A stretch of 64,000 nt of DNA from Octopus vulgaris (lineage: Eukaryota), in NCBI GenBank assembly GCA_951406725.2, contig OX597823.1, positions 20,398,001 to 20,462,000 on the forward strand, written 5' to 3'. The position numbers and the translations under genes are program-made. Under the pieces are notes generated by a model, which had not been told where the DNA came from, searched no databases, and saw only the letters and a program-made list of their open reading frames with translations. Positions 52,848 through 64,000 of the stretch are shown here, in pieces (position 1 is the stretch's first letter; each line of letters opens with the position of its first letter).

Positions 52848-53214
52848 GGTCAAGAATTGTCACGAAGTTTTTACTGATCAAACCCTCCCCACTTTCCCTT
52901 CTACACATAATTTACCCTAATTTGAATTCTGGAGATGTCTCCCATGTCTTTGCAAACTAGACTGATTATTTTCATCATAAAAAATATAATTTTCGTTAAT
53001 CAACCAACATTTCTTCTTTCATTAAATCACATATGTTAGCACGCATCTACTTTAGTATCAAAAAGACTAATGAGTTTGGCATCACATTAGCACGAGATAA
53101 TTTACCCCAATATAATCAATCAAATCATTCAACAGTTGCATGATATTGAACCTGTCTATAAGTATTTTTAATCTGTTTTAAATCACAAATAAATGTACAG
53201 TGTAAATGAATATA

Positions 53215-53245
<31 letters not shown>

Positions 53246-53247
53246 GC

Positions 53248-53411
53248 AGGCGTAGGAGTGGCTGTGTGGTAAGTAGTTTCCTTACGAACCACATGGCTCC
53301 GGGTTCAATGCCACTGCGTGGCACCTTGGGCAAGTGATATCTACTATAGCCTCGGGCCAACCAAAGTTTTGTGAGTGGATTTGGTTAGACGGAAACTGAA
53401 AGAAGTCCATC

Positions 53412-53413
<2 letters not shown>
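53248..53413 (+). mobile_element. SINE family A head only
   Basis: Ends in (TA)n. Confidence 0.85.
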
Positions 53414-53490
<77 letters not shown>

Positions 53491-53496
53491 TATATT

Positions 53497-53574
53497 GTTC
53501 AGGTTACTGCTTGGAATCGAACCCGGAATCTTAGGGTTGGGAGCCCGCGCTCTCAAACACTACGCCATATGCCC
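53497..53574 (-). mobile_element. isolated tRNA-derived head (not a functional tRNA)
   Basis: Minus strand gggcataTGGCGTAGTGTttgagagcgcggg...ccgGGTTCGATTCCaagcagtaacctgaac; A and B boxes present but no acceptor-stem pairing. Confidence 0.75.
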
Positions 53575-53580
53575 GTGGGC

Positions 53581-53657
<77 letters not shown>

Positions 53658-53658
<1 letters not shown>

Positions 53659-54214
53659 GATGCCCTGATGCAGTACCAGGCAGTGGCTCTCATGGCTTCT
53701 GATCTTAACTGATTGGAAGTGTTATCATGTACATTGTTTTGTCTTGGTATAAAAGATGGGCTACAGCAAATATTCTGCTCAATACCACAGATTTGCTTGT
53801 CAGTTGTTTGACCTTAACCAGTTGAGCATGTCCCTTAGTGGCTGACGATATGTGCATCTCTGATCATGAGCAGAAGTAGTGGGGGAGCATCATAGCTTGT
53901 GTTGAGAGGGATTCTTTGGGGTTTGAATAGTTCACCTCTGGAAACATGGGTGGTTCTTTCAACATCCTTAAACAACCCTTATTCAGGGACCGTTTGAGCG
54001 GGATGGGCTACTCAACCTGAAAAAAATTCTAACTGGGCCCCACCTGCAAGGTCATGTGCTGTTTATCTTGATATGAGATCACCATGTCGCGCACATGTGG
54101 TTGTGATGCATGTGCCTGGTGTACCTTTATCAGACGGGTAGTCATGATGGGTATATTGGGCTTCGTATATTTTACCCCAGTGTCACTTTGATGGCATGAA
54201 CTGCTCTCTCACTC
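53658..54214 (+). mobile_element. non-coding element X, longer copy (~555 bp), embedded in (TAA)n
   Basis: (AAT)n at 53584-53656 and 54215-54270; no ORF of 60 aa or more, no TIR, no tRNA boxes. Confidence 0.85.
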
Positions 54215-54271
<57 letters not shown>

Positions 54272-54289
54272 TATTATTATTATAAGATA

Positions 54290-54448
54290 AAAAAATACCT
54301 TAAAAATGAGAACCCAGGTTCGAAATTTCCCCAAGACACCTGATGAGGGCTGGAGGGTATATCAGCTGAAACAAGATGACAAATATCCATGGAATGTAAA
54401 TAATGTAAACAATTGTACATAATTCCTCATCTCTTAAATATAGAACTG
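54290..54448 (+). mobile_element. hammerhead-bearing repeat family H1, deletion after GAAAC
   Basis: gacac CTGATGA gggctg...cagct GAAAC at 54335-54372; ends aaatatagaactg. Confidence 0.85.
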
Positions 54449-54590
54449 TAATATTTGAAGACATGTAAGCAAACTCATCTCCAAACAACTGTTGAATAAA
54501 CGCTCCATTCTTCACCTTAACCTTTATTGACAGAGACAAAGTATTACTTGTTTACAGAGACATTTGCAATTGTGACTGTTGAAGTGAACG

Positions 54591-54806
54591 TTACCAATGG
54601 TTTTGTGACTTCGTCAACTGATGACGCAATGCCCTGTTGTCAGTTAGAGATACGTTTCCATGGAGATTAAATACAACACCCTCATCTTCAGATTCCAAGA
54701 TTGTAGCACAGTCAACTGATTGATGGTGTTCTCCACTCTTGACATCTCTGCTCGTTCTATTCAGTTCTTCCAATAGCTCCGAAAGGCCTGCCTTCGCAGC
54801 ATCTTC
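54591..54806 (-). CDS. candidate host-gene exon, unknown protein
   Basis: Non-repetitive open frame EDAAKAGLSELLEELNRTSRDVKSGEHH...QNHW* after a cag acceptor with a ctaaac branch-like motif; AATAAA ~65 nt downstream; weak pyrimidine tract; no family recognised. Confidence 0.3.
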   Translation of the reverse strand, partial: EDAAKAGLSELLEELNRTSRDVKSGEHHQSVDCATILESEDEGVVFNLHGNVSLTDNRALRHQLTKSQNHW

Positions 54807-56550
54807 CTGGGCATTTAAAAATGTTTAGTGAAAGATTAATCTTTTTAGACATCAGGTTCGCCACTTTTTACCCAAAGTTTCCAATTAAACCTTGAAGAAT
54901 ATTTTGAAGATAAAACAATAAAAACAGGTATTTTAGAGCTATTCGGTGAATCAAGAATTATTACCATCATGATCATTATTAATGCTTCCGGTATTATGTT
55001 CTGAGTTCAAATTCAACTTTGTCTTTCATACTTTCGGGGTCGATAAAATAGGCACCAGTTGAGCACTGCAGGTCGACTAACCTCACCGCCAACATTTCAG
55101 ACCTTGTGCATATAGTAGAAATAATTATTATTACTTTTGTTGTTGTTGTTGTTGTTGTTGTTGTTATTATTATTATTATTATATTCTTCTACTCTCCTCC
55201 TCCTCCTCCTCCTCCTCCTCCTTCCTTCTTCTTCTTCTTCTTCTTCTTCTTCTTCTTCTTCTTCTCCTTCTGTTACAGGCTACCTAATAGCACGCTTTGT
55301 CTGAAATAGTGAAGAGTTTAATTCAAATACCCATAGTGCTCGATGTTCAAATCCCAGCATAAAGAGTTTTATTTGAATTTTTTTTCCGAGTTCAGTAAAA
55401 TATGCAGCAGTCATTTACTGTCGTCGTTTCTACGAAACACAGTCGTCATCGATAAATCTACGACCTCGTGTGAGAAATCCTTATTGTGTAACAAGTGCCA
55501 TAATGAGGCATTTATAACTGTTACGCTTTCACGTATCTCGCTAATTTTCTTCAGAAGGGCCATAAACTTTCACAACTTCCCATTTCTTCTCTCATTCTTA
55601 TATTTATCGCCGATTTAGAATATACAAAAAATAAAAATAATATACAATGAAAGAATAACCACTTTTTTTGTTCTTGCTCTTTATCTTTTTTTTGTCATTA
55701 ATACTTTTATCTGCTTTTCTTAACTATTTCTCCCCTCCGACTTCATTTAACGATTTCAGCTCGCGAATCGTGCAGTATTATGGGAGAATGAGTGAGATAT
55801 TTACTCCATAAATTCTTTGCTTGGATAAGCTTGGCCAACAGATCTACCTCGAAGTTTCAGTTCTTAAGTGTAATTTATTGAACATTATCTGTAGAGCTGA
55901 CAGCTTAGCACTATCGTACATCAAATAACATTATAATTGTATACATCATAGATTTTCACGAAATTGAAATTCTTTACCTATACACATTACTTTTACTGTT
56001 TGCTTCGTATTTTCCTGTATATTTGTACATCTATTATTTTACTTAACCGTTCCATCTGATATTCTTTTGCTTGGCTTTAATTTCTTTGCTTTTGTTTTTA
56101 TTCATTGTCACGTATTGTTTAGTTATTCAGTGTTTGTTTTTATTATAAAGTCCAAAGGATTATCTTCCAATCTCTTTCTGTCTTTCTCTCTCTATCTCAC
56201 TCTCTCATACACCCGCGTACAAATTCACGCATACACTCACACACATAAATAAATATTTGTTTAAATAATGAACAATATTTCTTTGAAACATATTGTATTA
56301 AAAACACGGCTATGTTCCAGTTTTAATACTTTTATAAAAAAAACAAACAGATTTGTTTACTTCCTGATTAGTTCAATATGATTAGTTTGAAACTGTGGCA
56401 TTCTTAAATCCATTAGGCCATTGATATATATTAAAACCTTCCCGACCTCATATTGAGAATGAAGTGATGAAGGTAGTGGTGTGTTGTTAGCAAGCTATTT
56501 AATGAGTCATTATAATAATGATTGTATAATACGTATAATAACAGTAATGA

Positions 56551-56775
56551 AGGCGCTGGCCAACTGGTTTGGGGGATGCGCTTACGATCGCAACGTCATA
56601 ATTTCCATAACCGAACGGTAGCTTGTGTTTTTTGAGCAAAACACTTCATTTCGGGATGCTCCAGTTCACTCATCGGTAAATAATTAACCTTTCAACGGAT
56701 AGTTCAAGCTAAATGTTTTGTTCTTGGACACTTATACGCCACGGAAATCGGGCAACGGGCTCAATGAGCCGTAGA
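56551..56775 (+). mobile_element. highly decayed family D-like SINE
   Basis: ttgtgttttttgagcaaaacacttcatttc...gctccagttcactca...tacgccacggaaatcggg. Confidence 0.55.
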
Positions 56776-57148
56776 AATGCAGACCGCAATGTCCTGGGAT
56801 TAATGAAAATAATAGTAATATTGTCCAAATTACTAATCGGAATAATTTTTTTCCGAACCTCAAGGCTTTTTGAGAAAATGACTTACTTATAGACAGGACT
56901 TTTCTAGACTGAACTGCCTAAATTAAGTTGCTTTTAACTATGTCACAAAAACAATTCATACCTCATGAGAAATTATTCCATAACGGAACAGAATTATCCG
57001 TTTAAAGTTAACAAGGATGAATCTGAAATATTTTACTGATCACACCCATTTTACTTCCTCGAGAATTATTAATTTACCTTTGACGATTGTAAGGAAATTA
57101 ACTTTATGGCTATTAAAAGTAACATTTTAAAGGTAATGTATTTAAAAC

Positions 57149-57507
57149 ATATATATAAACGGCAAAACGTCTGCGTGTGTGTCCTTTATACAAATCCACA
57201 ATTTTTCAGTTAGAGGGCTCGCACTTTCTATGGTCATTCAAAACCATCCAAGGGTGGTCGTGCACATATTTACATTTCCCCAGTCACACTGCAAAGCCAT
57301 TAAAAAATCAATAGAAGTGACTTTTTTGTGAATTTTCTACCCAAAACCCAATCAAAATGCCCGAAACTTGATAAGCCAATTGAATGCCAGCTAGCTGTAT
57401 GTGATTAGTTGGAGATTTGGACAGTACTCGCGTGTATGTGCGCACGCACGCAGCTGTATATGCATGCACTAGCACTATGACCCGGCGTTGCCGAGTCATA
57501 GTGCTAG
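57149..57507 (+). mobile_element. non-autonomous Helitron-like element N2 with a long terminal palindrome
   Basis: 5' atatataaacggcaaaacgtctgcgtgtgtgtcc; 3' actagcactatgac-ccggc-gtt-gccga-gtcatagtgCTAG|t. Confidence 0.65.
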
Positions 57508-58121
57508 TAATGGATAAATCATTCCCTGAAATATAGCTACTTAATGAAGAATGTACATTTACTCATTCAAACTAAAGTTTTATTCAAACTTAGTGACTTG
57601 GTGTGTTTTACACATATGATACAGAAGACATGAAATAATATTAAAAGTACATTGATATATGTAACAATACTTATACATACAAACACACCACCAGAAACAA
57701 TCAGAACACAAATTAGTTTTCTGTTGTCAAATATATTTCGTACACATGAAGTTACACACATATATACTCAGACTTTTCGAACAGAGTAACAAAGGAAATA
57801 CACATTTTCTACATATCTGATGCACATCTAAGGCCTACACATAAATACAAACGCAATAATATCTCCATTCCCTATACACATGAACAAACGCAATAAACGT
57901 GACTTATTTTCATACAAATCATGCTATTAACACACACACATACACACACACACACACAGACACACACACACACACATACACACACAGACACAGACACACA
58001 CACGACCAGTTAGTACACAGTACATGACTTGCATTCATACATGCAAAAGCAAGCAAATGTTCTAATTACCTCACTTTTATGTTTTCCTCGTTCACACAAT
58101 ATCAAGTGTAAGATGAACACA

Positions 58122-58186
<65 letters not shown>

Positions 58187-58602
58187 CCACACACACACAC
58201 ATATATAAACATACAAATTGACACGACTATCATCACGGTTCCTATATCCATTACGTAAACTCATAACCCACCACCCATACATACACTCACACATATGAAC
58301 ACTATAAATCATTTACATGCAAACACAAATTTTCGCACATAACTGACTCAACACTACATTTGTTACAATAAATCCAAGCGCCATACATTAAATACACTTC
58401 TTCTAAGACATTCTGTACACATACGCTCGCACATGCATACATCAATCTGTTCACTACATAAACTCTCACATATACACACACGCATTCACAAAGACCTTTA
58501 CCAGACCAAAATATATATATACCACACGCAGAAAGAAACGCAAATAGGAAAAAGCCGACATTTACATACAGTTGCAAGCACGCACATTGGTCTACACATA
58601 CA

Positions 58603-59022
58603 TACTCTTTACTCTCTTTTACTCTTTTACTTGTTTCAGTCATTTGACTGCGGCCATGCTGGAGCACCGCTTTTAATCGAACAAATCGACCCCAGGACTT
58701 ATTCTTTGTAAGCCCAGTACTTATTCTATCGGTCTCTTTTGCCGAACCGCTAAGTGACGGAGACGTAAACACACCAGCATCGGTTGTCAAGCAATGCTAG
58801 GGGGACAAACACAGACACACAAATACACACACACATACATATATATATACATATATACGACAGGCTTCTTTCAGTTTCCGTCTACCAAATCCACTCACAA
58901 GGCATTGGTCGGCCCGGGGCTATAGCAGAAGACACTTGCCCAAGATGCCACGCAGTGGGACTGAACCCGGAACCATGATGTTGGTTAGCAAGCTACTTAC
59001 CACACAGCCACTCCTACGCCTA
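58603..59022 (-). mobile_element. SINE family A, full length
   Basis: Nearly identical to 2211-2622 in reverse. Confidence 0.92.
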
Positions 59023-59315
59023 TACACACACATACACGCATACACGCCCTTACGGACTTGACACACTCATACACGCACATACATACATGTCTGTGCGGGT
59101 TATACGTATATACAAATGCCTCAAACACTACTACTCTGCATTAGACACGAAGACAAACTAATGGACACATACATACATGTATATTTTCATTTGAGGCACT
59201 ATCATAAGCCTAATATATCCATGTATCCGCATAGACACAAGTTAACTTAATCATTGGCCTCCATGCACACTATCCAGATTCTACACACATAAGCACACCC
59301 ATTACCATGATAAAT

Positions 59316-59326
59316 TATGTATATAT

Positions 59327-59390
<64 letters not shown>

Positions 59391-59465
59391 ATATATATAT
59401 GTATAAATTATGCATGTAGAAGACAAGAAGGGATGTGTGTACATGTATATGTACATATGCATCTG

Positions 59466-59532
<67 letters not shown>

Positions 59533-59616
59533 GTATATATATATACATATGCATATATATATATATATATACATATGTATATGTATATATATATACATAT
59601 GTATATATATATATAC

Positions 59617-59675
<59 letters not shown>

Positions 59676-59680
59676 CATAT
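59316..59680. repeat. (TA)n-rich compound microsatellite
   Basis: Seen directly. Confidence 0.95.
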
Positions 59681-60241
59681 GTCGTGTTACATTCACATAC
59701 ACGTGTGTACCCACATTAACAATGTAAATAACACATGCCCGCACATACATTTGCAGTTTTCTCCGCCTACACATAATAACTTCCACCAAACAATACTTGA
59801 AAATAAACACTGACGCATCAATTGTTTCGCCTCATAAAAGTACACGAATTACATCTTCTTACATACACACGAACGTCTTCCTAACTGCACATGCTTAAAC
59901 TTACTCTCATTCATAAAACGTTTGTGCGAGCAATACGCACAGAAATAAATATACAAACAGCACGAAGTTCGCTCTCTCTCGCAAGTAAGCGACCAAATAG
60001 ACAGCCTATTGTAGATCTGTATAAACATGGCTATTAAACTAATACATGATCAGGTCTATAAACGCCAACGTGCACAATGTCTCCATTCAGTTTGTCTCCT
60101 CTGGAAGAGAAGATAAACGCACCTGCATCTTTGGTTTGACCAACTAGTTTCGCCTCGAAATAAATATAGTTACAAACGTAAGAGAATGTATAGAGCTATA
60201 CGATCTCTCACTCTCTCTCTCTCACACACACACTTACACAC

Positions 60242-60272
<31 letters not shown>

Positions 60273-60391
60273 CAGATTTACACGACCAATCCATAAGGCT
60301 CACTCTCACAAAATGTATCAACGCGATATCTAACTTTAGCCCGCAAAAGGCCAAACATAGAGGGAATAAGCAAGGACAGACAAAGAAATTA

Positions 60392-60475
60392 CCGTATTTG
60401 ACGGCATATAGGACGCTCTTTTTTCCAAAAAATTTGGCTAAAAAAATCGCCCTGCGTCTAATATGCGAAGTCAAG
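60392..60475. mobile_element. terminal fragment of a Tc1/mariner (Tc2-like) DNA transposon
   Basis: ta|ccgtatttgacggcatataggacgc resembles Tc2-type TIRs; internal inverted gcgtctaatatgc; no partner TIR found. Confidence 0.45.
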
Positions 60476-60766
60476 ACCCTCCTGTAGGCTAATCTTCTCC
60501 CAGACGCTCACTAACCTAGCTTACGATAAGTATTTCTACCTACGCTAATGCCTTAATGATATTTTCCGTACTCATGCATCATTATTTTATTGCTAGTATT
60601 ATTATTATTATTATTATTACCAGTATTATTACTTTAAAATACGAATTATCGTAAAAATCAAAGCAATCTACCGTAAATTGTTAGGCTGCGATCCATGACA
60701 CACGTTTACTAATATCAGCTGATCGGAACCCTAACTCGATGCCATCTGACGGTAGGTCGATAACAT

Positions 60767-61057
60767 GGACCCCAGTACTTAATTTATCGACCCCGTAAGG
60801 ATGAAAGGCTAAGTCGACCTCAGCGGAATTTGAACTCAGAACGTAGCGGCAGACGAAATACCTATTTCTTTACTCCCCACAAAGGGTTAAACACAGAGGG
60901 GACAAACAAAGACAGACAAACGGATTAAGTCGATTACATCGACCCCAGTGCGTAATTGGTACTTACTTTATCGACCCCGAAAGGATGAAAGGCAAAGTCA
61001 ACCTCGGCGGAATTTGAACTCAGAACGTAACGGCAGACGAAATACTGCTAAGCATTT
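60767..61057 (-). mobile_element. two tandem SINE family C units
   Basis: atcgacccc...ggatgaaaggc.aagtc.acctc.gcggaatttgaactcagaacgta occurs twice. Confidence 0.85.
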
Positions 61058-61112
61058 CTACAAAACACATGCACACGGATTGTACAAATATACGCGGTTA
61101 ATCAAGATACTC

Positions 61113-61565
61113 TCATGTAATGTGACCAAATAAGGCATATTTTTCAACATAGTCTCCCCTGCCGGGCACACACATCTTCCTGCGGGGTTGCAGTGTTTGG
61201 ATGTCCTTGGTGCAGAAGCTTTTATCCCGTTGGTGAAAAATCCCCAACAGTAGATATGACATCTTCATCACTGCGATACTGATTCCCTGCCAAGTATTTT
61301 TTTTCATATTGTGGAACAGTTGATAGTCAAATGGGGCCAAATCAAAAGCATAGGGTGGATGATCAACGAGTCCAAAACTACAAACACGGACAGTAACCAT
61401 TGGAATCAAGAACGTTTGTGCTGGAGTATTGTCCTGATGAAACAAAACACCCTTCGCTAGTTTTCTGGGCCATTTCATTTGGTCTTGGCAGCCATTCATA
61501 ACTGAATCTGTAAGTTGGCATGGTACTCATCATTGGCATTATGGCTCTCTTGAAGGTATTCAATA
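61113..61565 (-). mobile_element. third mariner transposase remnant (C-terminal half)
   Basis: GVLFHQDNTPA...LVDHPPYAFDLAPFDYQLFHNMKK...GDYVEK. Confidence 0.88.
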
Positions 61566-61939
61566 ATTACATTACGTTTTGCATCTAACTACGCACTCAT
61601 CTACATTCACATCCGTACAGCTACGACTACAAACAAACATACGCACAGATAGATATGTGCACAAATACTCAGGAACAAAATCCATTACAAACGTCTGATT
61701 AGACGATATTCAGTGTACATGAACTGCCTACACATGTTGCACCTTGGATGTTGAGTGAGTTGCTGGAAACCAAACAGTAGGCGTGTGTGTATATACAAGT
61801 AATCGATTTAAGGTATCGATGACGTAGATATTGAGACATTTTCAGTTAATTAGATGATCTGCTGAAACAATAGTTGGTAAGTTTGTGTGTATACACACAC
61901 GCACACACATATATACATACACACACATGTCGTCATCAA

Positions 61940-62060
61940 CGTCATCATCATCGTTTAACGTCCGTTATTTATGGTGGCATGGGTTGGACGGTTCAATAGG
62001 ACCCGAAGAGCAAGAGGCCCATGCCGATCTCCAATGTCTGCCTCAGCATTGTTTCTCACT
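61940..62060 (-). mobile_element. RTE-type 3' tail fragment
   Basis: Minus strand ccgtccaacccatgcca...cggacgttaaacgatgatgatg. Confidence 0.55.
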
Positions 62061-62203
62061 AGAAACGTTAGTTGGTTTTATACTGTCGAAAGATGCAGAA
62101 TACGTCCAGGTCTCTGGTGAAGCGCCCCTCAGTGCAGCATTTATGCAATATTAAGATATAATATAAAGAAATACGCCTATATATAGGCGTAGGAGTGGTT
62201 ATA

Positions 62204-62633
62204 TAGGCGTAGGAGTGGCTCTGTGGTAAGTAGCTTGCTTACCAACCACGTGGTTCCGGGTTCATTCCCACTGCGTGGCACCGTGGGTAAGTGTCTTCTA
62301 CTATAGCCTCGGGCCGACCAAAGCCTTGTGAGTGGATTTGGTAGACGGAAACTGAAAGACGCCCGTCGTATATATGTATATATGTATATATATATATATA
62401 TGTGTGTGCGTGTTTGTGTGTCTGTGTTTGTCCCCCCCCAACATCGCTTGACAACCGATGCTGTTGTGTTTACGTCCCCATAACTTAGCGGTTCGGCAAA
62501 AGAGACCGATATAATAAGTACTTGGCTTACAAAGAATAAGTCCTGGGGTCGATTTGCTCGACTAAAAGGTGGTGCTCCAGCATGACCGCAGTCAAATGAC
62601 TGAAACAAGTAGAAGAGTAAAAGAGTAAAGAGT
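62204..62633 (+). mobile_element. SINE family A with duplicated and inverted 5' stub
   Basis: tacgcctatatataggcgta palindrome and a second taggcgtaggagtgg just upstream. Confidence 0.9.
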
Positions 62634-62910
62634 ACATACGTTTATTTTTATTGTTTTAAACTTTACGACTACAGATTTGCAATAAATAATTACGTTGTAA
62701 GGAATTGTTAATATTAATAAGAGTAACTACTCAAAGTTCATAATTATCCTGATGTTAAGTTAATGAATGTTAAGGATAATGAATAAGTTTTTACGTTATT
62801 CCAAGATATCCAGGAAAAGGGACTAAGAGTTTCATGAATGACGGTCCATCATGTCAAACTGATTGAATCTACACTGTAATATATTTTGACACTTAGAATT
62901 GACGCTAACG

Positions 62911-63250
62911 TTATTACCTCCACCTTAGCGGAAGGCGGAGGTATTGTTTTCTGTCGTGTTTGTTTCTTTGTTTCTTCGTGGAGAAGATATCTCAAGAACC
63001 GCTGGATGGATTCGGATGAAACTTTCAGGGATGTTTGGCCTCGTGACTGACACAAACTGATTAGATTTTGGGATTCTGGATTATTTTTCCGTTGTTGTTT
63101 TACTTAAATTTTGAAAGCGGTCGGGTTCATTATTACTATCTTGGTTTGTAAGAGCAGTCGAATTCATTTCAGATACTCTCTGGCTAGCCGTCGACAGGCC
63201 GTTGGTGTTGCTTTGGCGAAGGTTCTCGCTCTCTGAGTGCTCTTGTTAGT
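62911..63250 (+). mobile_element. Helentron-associated (HINE/DINE-1-like) non-autonomous element
   Basis: 5' subTIR acctccacc with nearby inverted ggcggaggt; 3' subTIR ggcgaaggt; terminal stem-loop cgctctctgagtg; ends ttagt. Confidence 0.6.
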
Positions 63251-63628
63251 ATTGAAGTGTCACTGAATATCTAGTCTGATGTTATAGTATTACTAATTGA
63301 AAGTTTGATTTTGTCGAGATCCTGACGAATATTTAGGGATGTTGAGAAACCTGTATTTTGGGTCGCAAAGAAAAGTGCCAAGATCCTTAAGGTTCATATA
63401 AGGGATGCAGTCTTTTTAGTTTGAAAGGGAGGATAATTCTTTGGCTTTTGTGTATATATTGTTAATGTTAAAAGGACTGCCTTTTCAGAATGTTTTGTAT
63501 GCACACGCACATTTATATGTACACACCCACACATATATATATATGTGCGTATGTGTCTCTGTGTGTGTATGTGTGCGTAAATATAAATGTGTGTATATGT
63601 ATATATATATATATATATATTTATATAC

Positions 63629-63670
<42 letters not shown>

Positions 63671-63672
<2 letters not shown>

Positions 63673-64000
63673 CTTAGAATAACTTAGAAAGGTTTTTGGC
63701 CAGTATTGGCCCAGGCCATGTCTAACTTAATAGCACCACCTGGCGAAGTCTTTCAGTTCAGGATTTGGGCACCAAGGCCCATTCGAGCAGAGAGTTATTG
63801 TTTGCGGAGACATATCCGGGTGTGGATGGTTTGTCCGGTACTGTTTGAAGGAATTTGTCCAAAGACTTCTTGAATTTTGTGTGGTCAGTTTCTTTTTTGA
63901 CGTGTCCTGGTGTAATGTTGAAGAGAGCGGGTCCAATTGAGGTGAAATAGTTGTGCCGTATTGTCGTTATGTGATGCGATTTAGATTTTTGTTGTGGACG
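63671..64000 (-). mobile_element. LINE 3' end (same broad group as 44865-45105), runs off the window
   Basis: TIRHNYFTSIGPALFNITP...FKKSLDKFLQTVPDKP...ANNNSLLEW; 3' UTR and (ttctaagtta)2 tail. Confidence 0.8.

Noticed and set aside
63318-63360. ctgacga...gaaacctgta hammerhead-like string
   Set aside because: Stem I cannot form and stem II is offset from the core.

Overview
AT-rich eukaryotic genomic DNA that is almost entirely repeat-derived, so intergenic or deep-intronic. The tRNA-SINE families and the extreme (TA)n/(TG)n/(TATC)n/(TATG)n/(TAA)n microsatellite load suggest a coleoid cephalopod, probably Octopus (inference from pattern recognition only). Nearly all ORFs in the supplied track are microsatellite or SINE artefacts. 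Supported content: three major tRNA-SINE families (over 25 copies, several with clean TSDs); a decayed autonomous Helitron with an internal deletion-inversion; several non-autonomous Helitrons; three mariner remnants; MITEs; CR1-group, RTE and R4/Dong LINE fragments, one with an open RT frame; an LTR plus tRNA-Ser PBS; and one candidate host exon. The most interesting signal is a dense set of minimal type-I hammerhead ribozyme motifs in several unrelated short repeat families with Penelope-like insertion hallmarks. One family may be a tRNA-headed, (TAA)n-containing, ribozyme-tailed SINE that is itself targeted by a (TAA)n-specific non-autonomous retroelement. All coordinates were read by eye and may be off by a few bases; no searches or folding were run.
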